Origin: Edaphobacter aggregans | GTDB lineage: Bacteria; Acidobacteriota; Terriglobia; Terriglobales; Acidobacteriaceae | DNA length: 32,000 bases | Direction of reading: 5' to 3' | Assembly: GCF_003945235.1 (NCBI RefSeq) | Contig: NZ_RSDW01000001.1 | Span: forward strand, 1,260,001 to 1,292,000 | Shown: piece after piece, positions 15,694 through 23,063 of the stretch | Position numbering within the stretch: the stretch's first letter is position 1 | How the letters are laid out: each line of letters opens with the position of its first letter | Position numbers and translations under genes: made by a program | Notes under the pieces: generated by a model | What the model was told of the DNA's origin: nothing | What the model saw: the letters and a program-made list of their open reading frames with translations, nothing else | Database searches by the model: none

Positions 15694-16164
15694 TTAGCTT
15701 CCGGCACTTAACGTCACAGGCCCACTGATCTTGAGTTTCACACTCCAACCCACAGCTTTGCTGGTGTCAACGCTGATGTCACGACTCTGCACCAATGCAC
15801 TGAAGCCATAGGTATCCCCCACGGTTGTTTGTCCAGCTTGCACGTTGATCGGAAGAACCAACTTAAAGTCATATTTGAGACCAGATGCGAACGCTGCCTC
15901 TACTGCAACCTGCCCAGCGTCAGAGGCTACGCGATTACCACTAATGTCTAGTGTGCCGTTATCCCTCATCGTGGTGATGAATTCAGAATCAGCCCCTGAC
16001 TGGAAGTTAGATACATCGTCTGTGGACCACTGAGCCCCAGAGATACCAGACGATTTAATTTCTCCAATCGTTACGAACGTGGGAGACCCACCTGCTCCAG
16101 TGACACCACCAATGCTGAGAGATGAACCGCGACCTGCCTGAGCCCTGCTGCCCGTGTATGACAT
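15694..16164 (-). CDS. Phage tail tube (major tail) protein-like
   Basis: 156 aa. The pattern G.SLSIG....F..IGEIKS..G....DV.....S..EFI....D.G.L.......Q......G....F.L.LP......F.A.V.S......VKLKISG.VT matches remembered siphovirus tail-tube (TTP) families. AAGGAG lies 8 nt upstream of the ATG. Confidence 0.55.
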   Translation of the reverse strand: MSYTGSRAQAGRGSSLSIGGVTGAGGSPTFVTIGEIKSSGISGAQWSTDDVSNFQSGADSEFITTMRDNGTLDISGNRVASDAGQVAVEAAFASGLKYDFKLVLPINVQAGQTTVGDTYGFSALVQSRDISVDTSKAVGWSVKLKISGPVTLSAGS

Positions 16165-16221
16165 TTACTGCTCCTTAAATGTTGAAAGCCACCTGTGAGG
16201 GTGGCTGTTGATTAATGCTGC

Positions 16222-16605
16222 TCATGCTCGGTCCCAGAAATCAATCCATAGTCGTCTTGTGCGTGGAGTGTGTAGGATCTGGTACCTGCCTGCCAAGGTT
16301 CCCGTACTTCGACCAGGAATCTCGTTGAACTCAATTAGTTCTGCATCTGCCAATTCGTTACGTGCTGCCACAAACTCGGATGCGTTCATATACTTCTTTT
16401 GCATCAGTTTGGAATCTGGAAAATTTCTGCGAGTCACTCCCCAAAACAACATTGTGTTCGCAATATATCCATAGAGGCGTTTTGCTGCCACAGATAACTT
16501 GTCTTGGTGTTCAATACTCAGAAGTTCTTGCGGTCCAAGGTGCTTAAACGGGATCGGTAGATGTTCAGCGTCGTTATAGTTTGTCATTGGTTCTAATGCC
16601 TTCAT
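16222..16605 (-). CDS. Hypothetical protein, possible winged-helix DNA-binding domain
   Basis: The segment AAKRLYGYIAN...MNASEFVAARNELADAELIEF looks wHTH-like (weak). The start is uncertain: 16650, 16605 or 16587. Confidence 0.45.
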   Translation of the reverse strand: MKALEPMTNYNDAEHLPIPFKHLGPQELLSIEHQDKLSVAAKRLYGYIANTMLFWGVTRRNFPDSKLMQKKYMNASEFVAARNELADAELIEFNEIPGRSTGTLAGRYQILHTPRTRRLWIDFWDRA

Positions 16606-16684
16606 GGAATTTGGATGAAGCCAGCGAGAAGGAGCGCAGGTCGTGGACAATCAACCGCGCATTCAACTTGTGTGGAGAAAAAAA

Positions 16685-16816
16685 GAATGGGTGCAGGAGC
16701 ACTTAACCTGATCTTGCGAATCGAATCGCTACCGAGGGAACTACCTGACCAAACCAGTTGGTCAATCGGCTGCCCATCTAAGGGCTAGATTCAGGAGAGT
16801 GCGTCACTGCACCCAT
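16685..16816. other. 132-nt extended stem with internal hairpins: candidate structured RNA or DNA cruciform
   Basis: AATGGGTGCAG (16685-95) pairs with CTGCACCCATT (16806-16). GCACT (16698-702) pairs with AGTGC (16797-801). CCTGA (16706-10) pairs with TCAGG (16790-94). An inner hairpin pairs TGACCAA (16745-51) with TTGGTCA (16757-63). Confidence 0.4.
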
Positions 16817-17029
16817 TTAAGGGTGGGCTATGTCAGGCCCGAACAGCACGTTTGAAAGAAGGGAGCGTAACCACCCGAGAGAACGTGCTGCCCATGAACG
16901 AACAAACCACGGAAAGGTCACCAAAGAGAATGAGGCTCTTTGGATATGAAACGCAGTTGTGTTCGGTCAATCTTGTTATTAATAATCTTTTATGCTGCTT
17001 TTCCTTGCCGGCATTACTTGCACCACGGT

Positions 17030-17566
17030 TTAGGTCTCTGGAAAGTTCAGATAGGCGTATTCGCCGTGTAGCTCTTTGGCTACCTTGTCGTAGGCTTTCG
17101 CTGCCTCTATCTCTGTCATGTGACGGCCTAACCACTTCATTACGCCGTTGACTCTGATATGTGCCGCCCATTGCTTTGTGTGCCAGGGATCTATTCCTGA
17201 AACACCCTTGTACCTTGAATTCTGTCTAGGTGTGCATTTCTTCCAGGCCGCCTGCTCCTTGGTTCCGACCAGCAGATTAGACTTTCTGCAATCCAGAGTG
17301 TCAGGGGTCCGATGGAACACCGTCATGCTGTCCGGAGGATTCATCAGGAAACGATGGAGCAGAATCGCTGACTGTTTACCGCCTGTTCGGTAGACGTTGG
17401 CACGGAAATATACAGTCCCGTTTCTTTCCTTGTGAGCGTGCCAGTTGTGTTCTGCCACTCTGTCCACGTCCTCAAGGTCAATCAGCACATGGAACTGACC
17501 GAGCTTGCCAGTGATAACCAGAACAGCTTCGTCATTCTTAACAAGAACCGAACTCATGGGAACCAT
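17030..17566 (-). CDS. HNH-like / AP2 domain DNA-binding protein
   Basis: The N-terminal part is HNH_3-like (LLHRFLMNPPDSMTVFHRTPDTLDCRKSNL; the usual DNR is DCR). The C-terminal part is an AP2 domain (SRYKGVS...WAAHIRVNG...LGRHMTEIEAAKAYDKVAKELHGEYAYLNFP). The track start is a TTG; the first ATGs are at 17566 and 17557. Confidence 0.75.
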   Translation of the reverse strand: MVPMSSVLVKNDEAVLVITGKLGQFHVLIDLEDVDRVAEHNWHAHKERNGTVYFRANVYRTGGKQSAILLHRFLMNPPDSMTVFHRTPDTLDCRKSNLLVGTKEQAAWKKCTPRQNSRYKGVSGIDPWHTKQWAAHIRVNGVMKWLGRHMTEIEAAKAYDKVAKELHGEYAYLNFPET

Positions 17567-18209
17567 TGAAAACAGGCTGGAAGATTTACAAATTTCGCCA
17601 AAGAATCTCAAGGTTAGCAGATTGGGTTTAAGTTGTTAACTCTTGTGTTTTCAGTCTTTATATTCTTGTTATTAACAGGGTTGTTAGAGTATGGACGCAA
17701 TGATGGTTAACCCCCATCGTTTTGAACATGCTGTGTGACACGCATGGACTATAACGAGCACTGGTTTAACTAGACAGGGTTGAAAGTCTTGACTGCCATC
17801 AAGATCATCTGGGGCCTAAATTTACGGTCTCTAGTGGGATGTGCACCCTAACCCAACCGCCTAGTCCTCACGGCTCTAGGATTCGTCCGTCGTCTATTAC
17901 CGGACACCTGCGTTGCTTATCAGACAACGGCTTTAGCCATCCAATGTGCAATGATTGCACTCCAGACAACTGGCACCACTGGGGTATCGTTAGAATCCCG
18001 TGGGAACATCTTCATCATTCAGTTTCAGATTGCCCACGGCTTCTGACGGTTGTTCAGAGTTCTGCCATGTGTGGGGTCTGTCTGTTTGGCTTTCATGAGG
18101 AAGAGGAATTATTCTCTCTACCCCTTACATAGATATAGAACTGTCACACTTGTCCAAAATGCATCCAAACCCGAAAATTAAATGAAAATACTTCAATTTA
18201 TTTTCGATA

Positions 18210-18252
18210 GAGGGCAGAATCCTTTGTCACGTATTGCAAGGATTCTGCCCTC
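18210..18252 (-). terminator. 15-bp perfect hairpin downstream of the sigma-like gene
   Basis: GAGGGCAGAATCCTT-N13-AAGGATTCTGCCCTC, starting 26 nt after stop 18278. The U tract is weak. Confidence 0.5.
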
Positions 18253-18277
18253 ATCTCATTGATTAGTCAGGGGCAGC

Positions 18278-19333
18278 TTAGGCACTGGGAAGCCACTTCA
18301 GCTTTACCCTCATCCGCTCCACACGCTTGCGAACAGTAGCGGGGTTCATTCCCAGCCCCTTGGCAATCTCTGCACAGTTGGAGCCTGCCTGTAGCTGGTT
18401 GGCAATCAGCCGATTGGTTCCTGTGACCCAATCAGGCAACTTCTCTACCGTCTTGAGGTCAGGAGGTTGAACATAGCGAGAGGCTGGATGGTGGCGTTCT
18501 TCATCATGAATATATTGCCTGATGACATCTGGATGTTCCTCTTCTTCACCAAACTCAGTCTCAACCAAAAAAGGAACCATGCCGGCGTAATTTGCATTGA
18601 TCTCCCGTTTGGCATCACATCCAACCGTGTGGCAGATTGTTGTAAGCCAGGCGCAGAAATCGCCGGGTCCACCAACAAACTTATTGAGACCGTTGCAGAC
18701 TTTCATGGCTACTATCTGCGAGTAATCATCTTCATCTTTGAATGCGTCAGGCAAACCGTGGATTGCACCTTTGATCTTCTTCTTAGCAAAATCAATGACA
18801 CAATCAAGCAAATATTCCCCGGCTATTTCATGGGCGTTATTTTCAGTTACAAACGGGTCGATGAAGTTTGCATACGCCTTCTCAATCCCGTCTTTGTTGC
18901 GACGGTACTGAATTGCTTCTAGGCTGTTCCCTCTACCATCCCCAGTATCGAGCCAGGATTGCTCAGGGGCGTCTTCTGAGTCTTCAATGGGCTCTGAGTA
19001 CCCTGATTTCGTGATAGGGCATCCAGGTGACATTGTTGTAGGGAATGGATTACGCCTGATCGTTTCAATGTAGACACGCCGTTCTGTGCAGGCTGGTTCG
19101 ATGTAACCGCACTGCTCAGGGAAGCTGACGTACAACGTCTTGCGGGGTCTCTTGGTGCCAACGATGGAGTCATAACGAGCCGCTGTCTTCTGCATCAGTT
19201 CCGGCCACCATGCCATTGTTTGGTCTGCCTTGGTCCTGTGGTCTGGTGTCCAGTTGTGTTCAGGCTGTGGGAAGAAGTCGCTGGGGATAGTCCTTGGTCG
19301 GCATGTGGGAATTGCTTTATGAGCTGCGGCCAT
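18278..19333 (-). CDS. ECF-type sigma-70-like protein with an N-terminal extension of about 160 aa of unknown function
   Basis: Region-2-like DYSQIVAMKVCNGLNKFVGGPGDFCAWLTTICHTVGCDAKRE. Region-4-like LPDWVTGTNRLIANQLQAGSNCAEIAKGLGMNPATVRKRVERMRVKL. Its ATG overlaps the upstream stop (TAATG). Confidence 0.6.
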   Translation of the reverse strand: MAAAHKAIPTCRPRTIPSDFFPQPEHNWTPDHRTKADQTMAWWPELMQKTAARYDSIVGTKRPRKTLYVSFPEQCGYIEPACTERRVYIETIRRNPFPTTMSPGCPITKSGYSEPIEDSEDAPEQSWLDTGDGRGNSLEAIQYRRNKDGIEKAYANFIDPFVTENNAHEIAGEYLLDCVIDFAKKKIKGAIHGLPDAFKDEDDYSQIVAMKVCNGLNKFVGGPGDFCAWLTTICHTVGCDAKREINANYAGMVPFLVETEFGEEEEHPDVIRQYIHDEERHHPASRYVQPPDLKTVEKLPDWVTGTNRLIANQLQAGSNCAEIAKGLGMNPATVRKRVERMRVKLKWLPSA

Positions 19334-19635
19334 TAGTCCTGTTCCTCAACTGAGCAGAGGCTTGCGTGAGGAGTCCTAGCGAATTTCTGAAGGGCAGATG
19401 GAAGGAACATAACTTTACTTCCATGTCGCACAGAGTCGAGAAGGCCGTTGGCCACACACGCATCCAAAGTTCTTAACGAGACACTCAAGGCAAATGCGGC
19501 TGATCGACGGTCATAAAGAAACTTCGGAACTGCTGGTTTGTCAGTGAGATAGGTGTTATCTGCGCTGGCGTGAATGGTGTCAATAATGCCAGCCATAGGG
19601 ACAGGCATAGCAATAGATTCAATAGAATCAATCAT
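19333..19635 (-). CDS. Excisionase/AlpA-like helix-turn-helix protein
   Basis: RRSAAFALSVSLRTLDACVANGLLDSVRHGSKVMFLPSALQKF resembles the Xis/AlpA (HTH_17) family. The track start is a TTG at 19698; ATG 19635 is preceded by AAGGA. Confidence 0.55.
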   Translation of the reverse strand: MIDSIESIAMPVPMAGIIDTIHASADNTYLTDKPAVPKFLYDRRSAAFALSVSLRTLDACVANGLLDSVRHGSKVMFLPSALQKFARTPHASLCSVEEQD

Positions 19636-19698
19636 TTGGAGATATTCCTTTGTATTTATTGGGTTTATTTCAAGGTAGAGATATCCTGTCCTCGGCAA

Positions 19699-20150
19699 GG
19701 CTCAGGGCCATTAGACACAGGCACAAGGCACAGGAGAGGCAGCATATCCATTATGGATAGTTAATAGTGAATAGACTAAGTGTTTGAATCTAAAACGGTT
19801 ACGTGTTTGTGGTTTCTATAAGTGTCCTTGGTTTTTTAGTATTATCCTTTGTTTTGAGCTATTTACAGTAATGATGCTGTAAACACAACTCTCCCCACAT
19901 CTCATTTAAAGGTGTACACTAATAATACGTTAGTGGGTTGACTTTTGTCAAGTACCGGCAAAGTGGAGGGAACAAACAAAAAAAAAGCCCAGAAACCGCC
20001 TTCAAGGTCAAAATAGTTCAATTTATTTCATGCCAGTGCGCTCGGATGCTGTTCCCTGCTCATTATCCCCATACACATATAGGTGGTAAAAGTGACCTAA
20101 ATCCTCTGACACGAACAGAAAAATAAGTTCATTCTGCCTTCTTCCTGCCT
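19699..20150. promoter_or_regulatory. AT-rich control region between int and the xis-like gene, with several palindromes
   Basis: TATCCATTATGGATA at 19745-19759 (7-1-7). TTTACAG-N8-CTGTAAA at 19862-19883. CACTAA-N7-TTAGTG at 19917-19935. TTGAC-TTTT-GTCAA at 19938-19951. Confidence 0.4.
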
Positions 20151-21332
20151 CTACTTCTCAAGCTGTCTGAGCCCTTCCATTGCTAACCGCATGGTCTTCT
20201 CGTTCAGGTGGATGTATCGGGCTGATGTTTGGGCTGACTTGTGACCGGCTGCCTTCATGATGACGAACGCATTCGCGCCGTTCTCAGCCAACCGTGTGCA
20301 GAAACTGTGCCGCAGATCATGCCAGCGGAAATTCTTAATCCTCGCCCGTCTGAGTGCAGAGGCAAACCATTTTTTATTATCTGCAATGGCAAAAACTAAA
20401 TCAGGAGCAGAATTGTTTGGCTTACCCGCTACTCTGCGCTTGCGATGAAGAGAGAGTGACTTGAGTCCTCGGAACGCCTTGAATACGTCTTCGTTCATGT
20501 AAACAACGCGATCCGTGTTTGTCTTCGTGTTGCGAACCATTATTTTCTTTTCTTCAAACTCAACATCTGGCCAGGGCAGACTGTACTGTTCACCCCGACG
20601 CAATCCTGCTCCAAGCGCAATGTCCAACTCGTAGATGTGGTGCTGTGCTCTCTCCTTCAGGGTCGTCTTCGTGGGTCCGCAGGCGTCAACATCGGCCTGC
20701 AGAACTTTACGCAACCGCGCCTCTTCCTTTTCAGAGAGCGCCCTGATTACACCTTCACCCACTGGCTCGGATGCCACATCCCTAGCCGGATTGACGGAAA
20801 CCTTACCCTTCCGTATGCCATGCCGATACACACCTGAGAATGTCGTCTTGAGCCTGTTACGGGTCGCTGGAGCCCTGTCTATGTTCTCCAACCAATCGGA
20901 AATCTCATGCGCCTTCACCCCAGAGGCGATTCTGCTCCCAAACTCTTTTTTGATTTGCCCTAGTCGTCTAGGTGGGTTCTCTTGGTCCTTGTACTTCTTG
21001 GGATTCTTCTGGATGTGGTTCAGCAAAAGGTCACAGAGGTGGGAAACCGTGACACCTGCTATTTCTGCCTCCACCTCGTCTTTTGTTCTCGCGGTTTGCT
21101 TGGCCGTCTCTGGAACAGAACCATTGCCAGACGAACGGATGTATCGAACCTTTTCCAAATAGGCAACAGCATCCTCCCTCCTGCCTATTCTCTTACGCAC
21201 CAGATGCCCGTGGAGGCGATAGCGGACGTACCAGATACCTGAGCCCTCATTCTTCTCGTAAACGCCTGCTACAGCCTTTCCTGTGCGTTTCTTTCTGGGT
21301 GCGGGGTGGGTGGGGTGGGTCATGGCAGTCAT
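20151..21332 (-). CDS. int: Tyrosine recombinase / phage integrase
   Basis: C-terminal catalytic motifs (LRRGE..., WHDLRHSFCTRLAENG, GHKSAQTSARYIHL). N-terminal arm-binding-like domain (GIWYVRYRLHGHLVRKRIG). The start is probably ATG 21332 (GGAGG upstream); the track ORF extends to 21407 over the arm-site repeat. Confidence 0.9.
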   Translation of the reverse strand: MTAMTHPTHPAPRKKRTGKAVAGVYEKNEGSGIWYVRYRLHGHLVRKRIGRREDAVAYLEKVRYIRSSGNGSVPETAKQTARTKDEVEAEIAGVTVSHLCDLLLNHIQKNPKKYKDQENPPRRLGQIKKEFGSRIASGVKAHEISDWLENIDRAPATRNRLKTTFSGVYRHGIRKGKVSVNPARDVASEPVGEGVIRALSEKEEARLRKVLQADVDACGPTKTTLKERAQHHIYELDIALGAGLRRGEQYSLPWPDVEFEEKKIMVRNTKTNTDRVVYMNEDVFKAFRGLKSLSLHRKRRVAGKPNNSAPDLVFAIADNKKWFASALRRARIKNFRWHDLRHSFCTRLAENGANAFVIMKAAGHKSAQTSARYIHLNEKTMRLAMEGLRQLEK

Positions 21333-21367
21333 GCAGAAGAGTCCTCCAGCCGCCATAATACCTGTCT

Positions 21368-21386
21368 GGGGATACAAAAGGGATAC
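21368..21386 (+). promoter_or_regulatory. Candidate integrase arm-type site (P arm)
   Basis: GGGATACAAAAGGGATACT is identical to 5662-5680 and in the same orientation. Confidence 0.5.
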
Positions 21387-21512
21387 TAATTTCCGATTAT
21401 GCTGCAACTCAATGCGCTGTATTGCTCATGAGGCTTCATTTTATACATCAATGTTTAGAGGGGTTTAATACGTATTGAGATGCATAAAGAGGCACTGTGT
21501 GTCAGCAATGTA

Positions 21513-21564
21513 ATCGCCCTTTTAAGGCGTTGGTCCTGGGTTCGAGCCCCAGCGCTCTCACCAT
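21513..21564 (+). repeat. attR: 52-bp copy of the tRNA-Lys 3' end (no 5' half, not a gene)
   Basis: Identical to 5565-5616. The upstream sequence GCAATGTA does not continue the tRNA. Confidence 0.9.
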
Positions 21565-22079
21565 CACTCCCCGAGGCGCTGATCGTTGCCCATCGCTTCC
21601 CTTAATAAATTCTCTCTTCGTTCTGGCAGTCCTCGGACGCGTATAAGTTAGCTCATGCAACCTAGTGTTCCATGTACCGATTTGGGACACAGCCCTCGAT
21701 CATGGGAACCACCCGCAGAGTTATCCACAGCAATTCTGTCAAGCCCCCCAGACACCGAATTCGCCCGTCAATCAAGGGTATTCGTGTGCCGATTAATTCC
21801 ACCCAACCCGCTAAACTAGTTTGTAGAGACTAAAAGAAAGTCCCGCCCTCACCAAGGCCTCCCTCTACCGCTCCGAATTGGCAGGATCAGTGAAAATTAG
21901 CGTTAAGTATTTAGAATTAATACTTTGCCTTTAACTTGTTTACTTGGAATACTTTAGCGGCAACAATCTTCTATATTATTGCAAACAGGATACTTACATA
22001 TTGATCGGGGGAGGGGGGACGACCGGGGCAATCTTCCATCTTGATCCGAGTGGATCCGTAATCCGCAGTCGCCCTCGTT

Positions 22080-23060
22080 TTAGTGTGCAGGCTCTTCGGC
22101 AAACGTCTGTTTTACCCCATCTTCCAGACTGGTAAACGGATCCGTATAACCTGCTGTGCGCAGTCGGGTAACGTCGGCCTGAGTGTAGTGCTGATAGCGA
22201 TTCTTCAGATCGCCCGGAAAAGGGATGTACTCGATCTTGCCGGGCCCATGCACCTGCATAAGCGCCTCGGCCACTGCCTTGAAGGTACGGGCTTCACCAG
22301 TGCCCGCATTGACCACGGCATGAACTGCCCTCCGAGGCCCTTCGGGCAGCAAACCGGCGAAAAACATGTTGATACGCGCAAGATCCTTTACGAAGACGAA
22401 ATCGCGCCGCTGTTCGCCGTCCGCATAGCCGCCCGAGCCCTCGAACATGCGGATGGTTCCGGTATCTTTCAGCTGCCGCGTGAAATGGTGAATGACGCTG
22501 GCCATGCGACCTTTGTGCTGTTCGCGCGGTCCATAGACGTTGAAGTAACGCAGACCGATGACAGTGCTCTTCATCTCGGGAATCAGGCGCCGGACGTAGT
22601 TGTCGAAGACTAGCTTCGAATAGCCGTAGACGTTCAGCGGACGTTCATTCTCTGGAACCTCAGTGAAGTTCGTACTCGCTCCGTAAACGGCGGCCGTGGA
22701 TGCGTAAACAAGCGGAATCTTATGCTCTAACGCGAAGTGCAGGAGTTCCTTCGAGTAAGTAAAGTTGTTGTCCATCATGTAGCGGCCATCGTCTTCCAGC
22801 GTGTTCGAGCAGGCCCCCTGGTGGAGAATTGCGCGGATCTTCGCGCCCTCGAACTCGCCTGCTTTCAGAGCGGAGCGAAACTCACGCTTGTCCATGTAGT
22901 CGGCGTACTCTGCCCCCGCAAGATTGAGGAACTTGGGGCCGGTCAGGTTAGAAGCAGGAGCGAAGTTATCGACCAGCAGAATGTCCCGCTCGCCAATCTG
23001 ATTAAGCTGGTGGATAAGGTTGCTGCCAATGAAGCCTGCACCGCCGGTAACGATGATCAA
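22080..23060 (-). CDS. hldD: ADP-L-glycero-D-manno-heptose 6-epimerase
   Basis: MIIVTGGAGFIGSNL Rossmann start; SDR motif YGYSK; 326 aa. It lies 3 nt downstream of hldE. Confidence 0.9.
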   Translation of the reverse strand: MIIVTGGAGFIGSNLIHQLNQIGERDILLVDNFAPASNLTGPKFLNLAGAEYADYMDKREFRSALKAGEFEGAKIRAILHQGACSNTLEDDGRYMMDNNFTYSKELLHFALEHKIPLVYASTAAVYGASTNFTEVPENERPLNVYGYSKLVFDNYVRRLIPEMKSTVIGLRYFNVYGPREQHKGRMASVIHHFTRQLKDTGTIRMFEGSGGYADGEQRRDFVFVKDLARINMFFAGLLPEGPRRAVHAVVNAGTGEARTFKAVAEALMQVHGPGKIEYIPFPGDLKNRYQHYTQADVTRLRTAGYTDPFTSLEDGVKQTFAEEPAH

Positions 23061-23063
23061 GTT

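Larger units (their letters stand above)
5565..21564. mobile_element. tRNA-Lys-integrated island: satellite-like or defective HK97-type prophage element
   Basis: Perfect 52-bp direct repeats; a tyrosine integrase next to the right repeat; phage head genes. The composition is lower in GC by eye than both flanks, which carry housekeeping operons. Confidence 0.85.

Noticed and set aside
17839-18132. + strand ORF of 97 aa in the HNH/AP2 upstream leader.
   Set aside because: The composition is odd (Cys/His/Pro/Trp-rich), there is no RBS, and it opposes all neighbouring genes. It is more likely non-coding regulatory DNA.
19938-20126. 62-aa + strand ORF as a possible missing repressor.
   Set aside because: It has no HTH-like segment, begins inside a palindrome with no RBS, and its sequence looks non-coding.
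21502-21690. A second tRNA-Lys gene, or the 62-aa ORF.
   Set aside because: Only the 3' 52 nt of the tRNA are present, with no acceptor 5' strand or D arm, so this is the att repeat. The ORF merely reads across it.
21721-21729. Perfect DnaA-box consensus TTATCCACA.
   Set aside because: It is a single isolated 9-mer with no cluster, no AT-rich unwinding element and no dnaA or dnaN nearby. It is compatible with chance.
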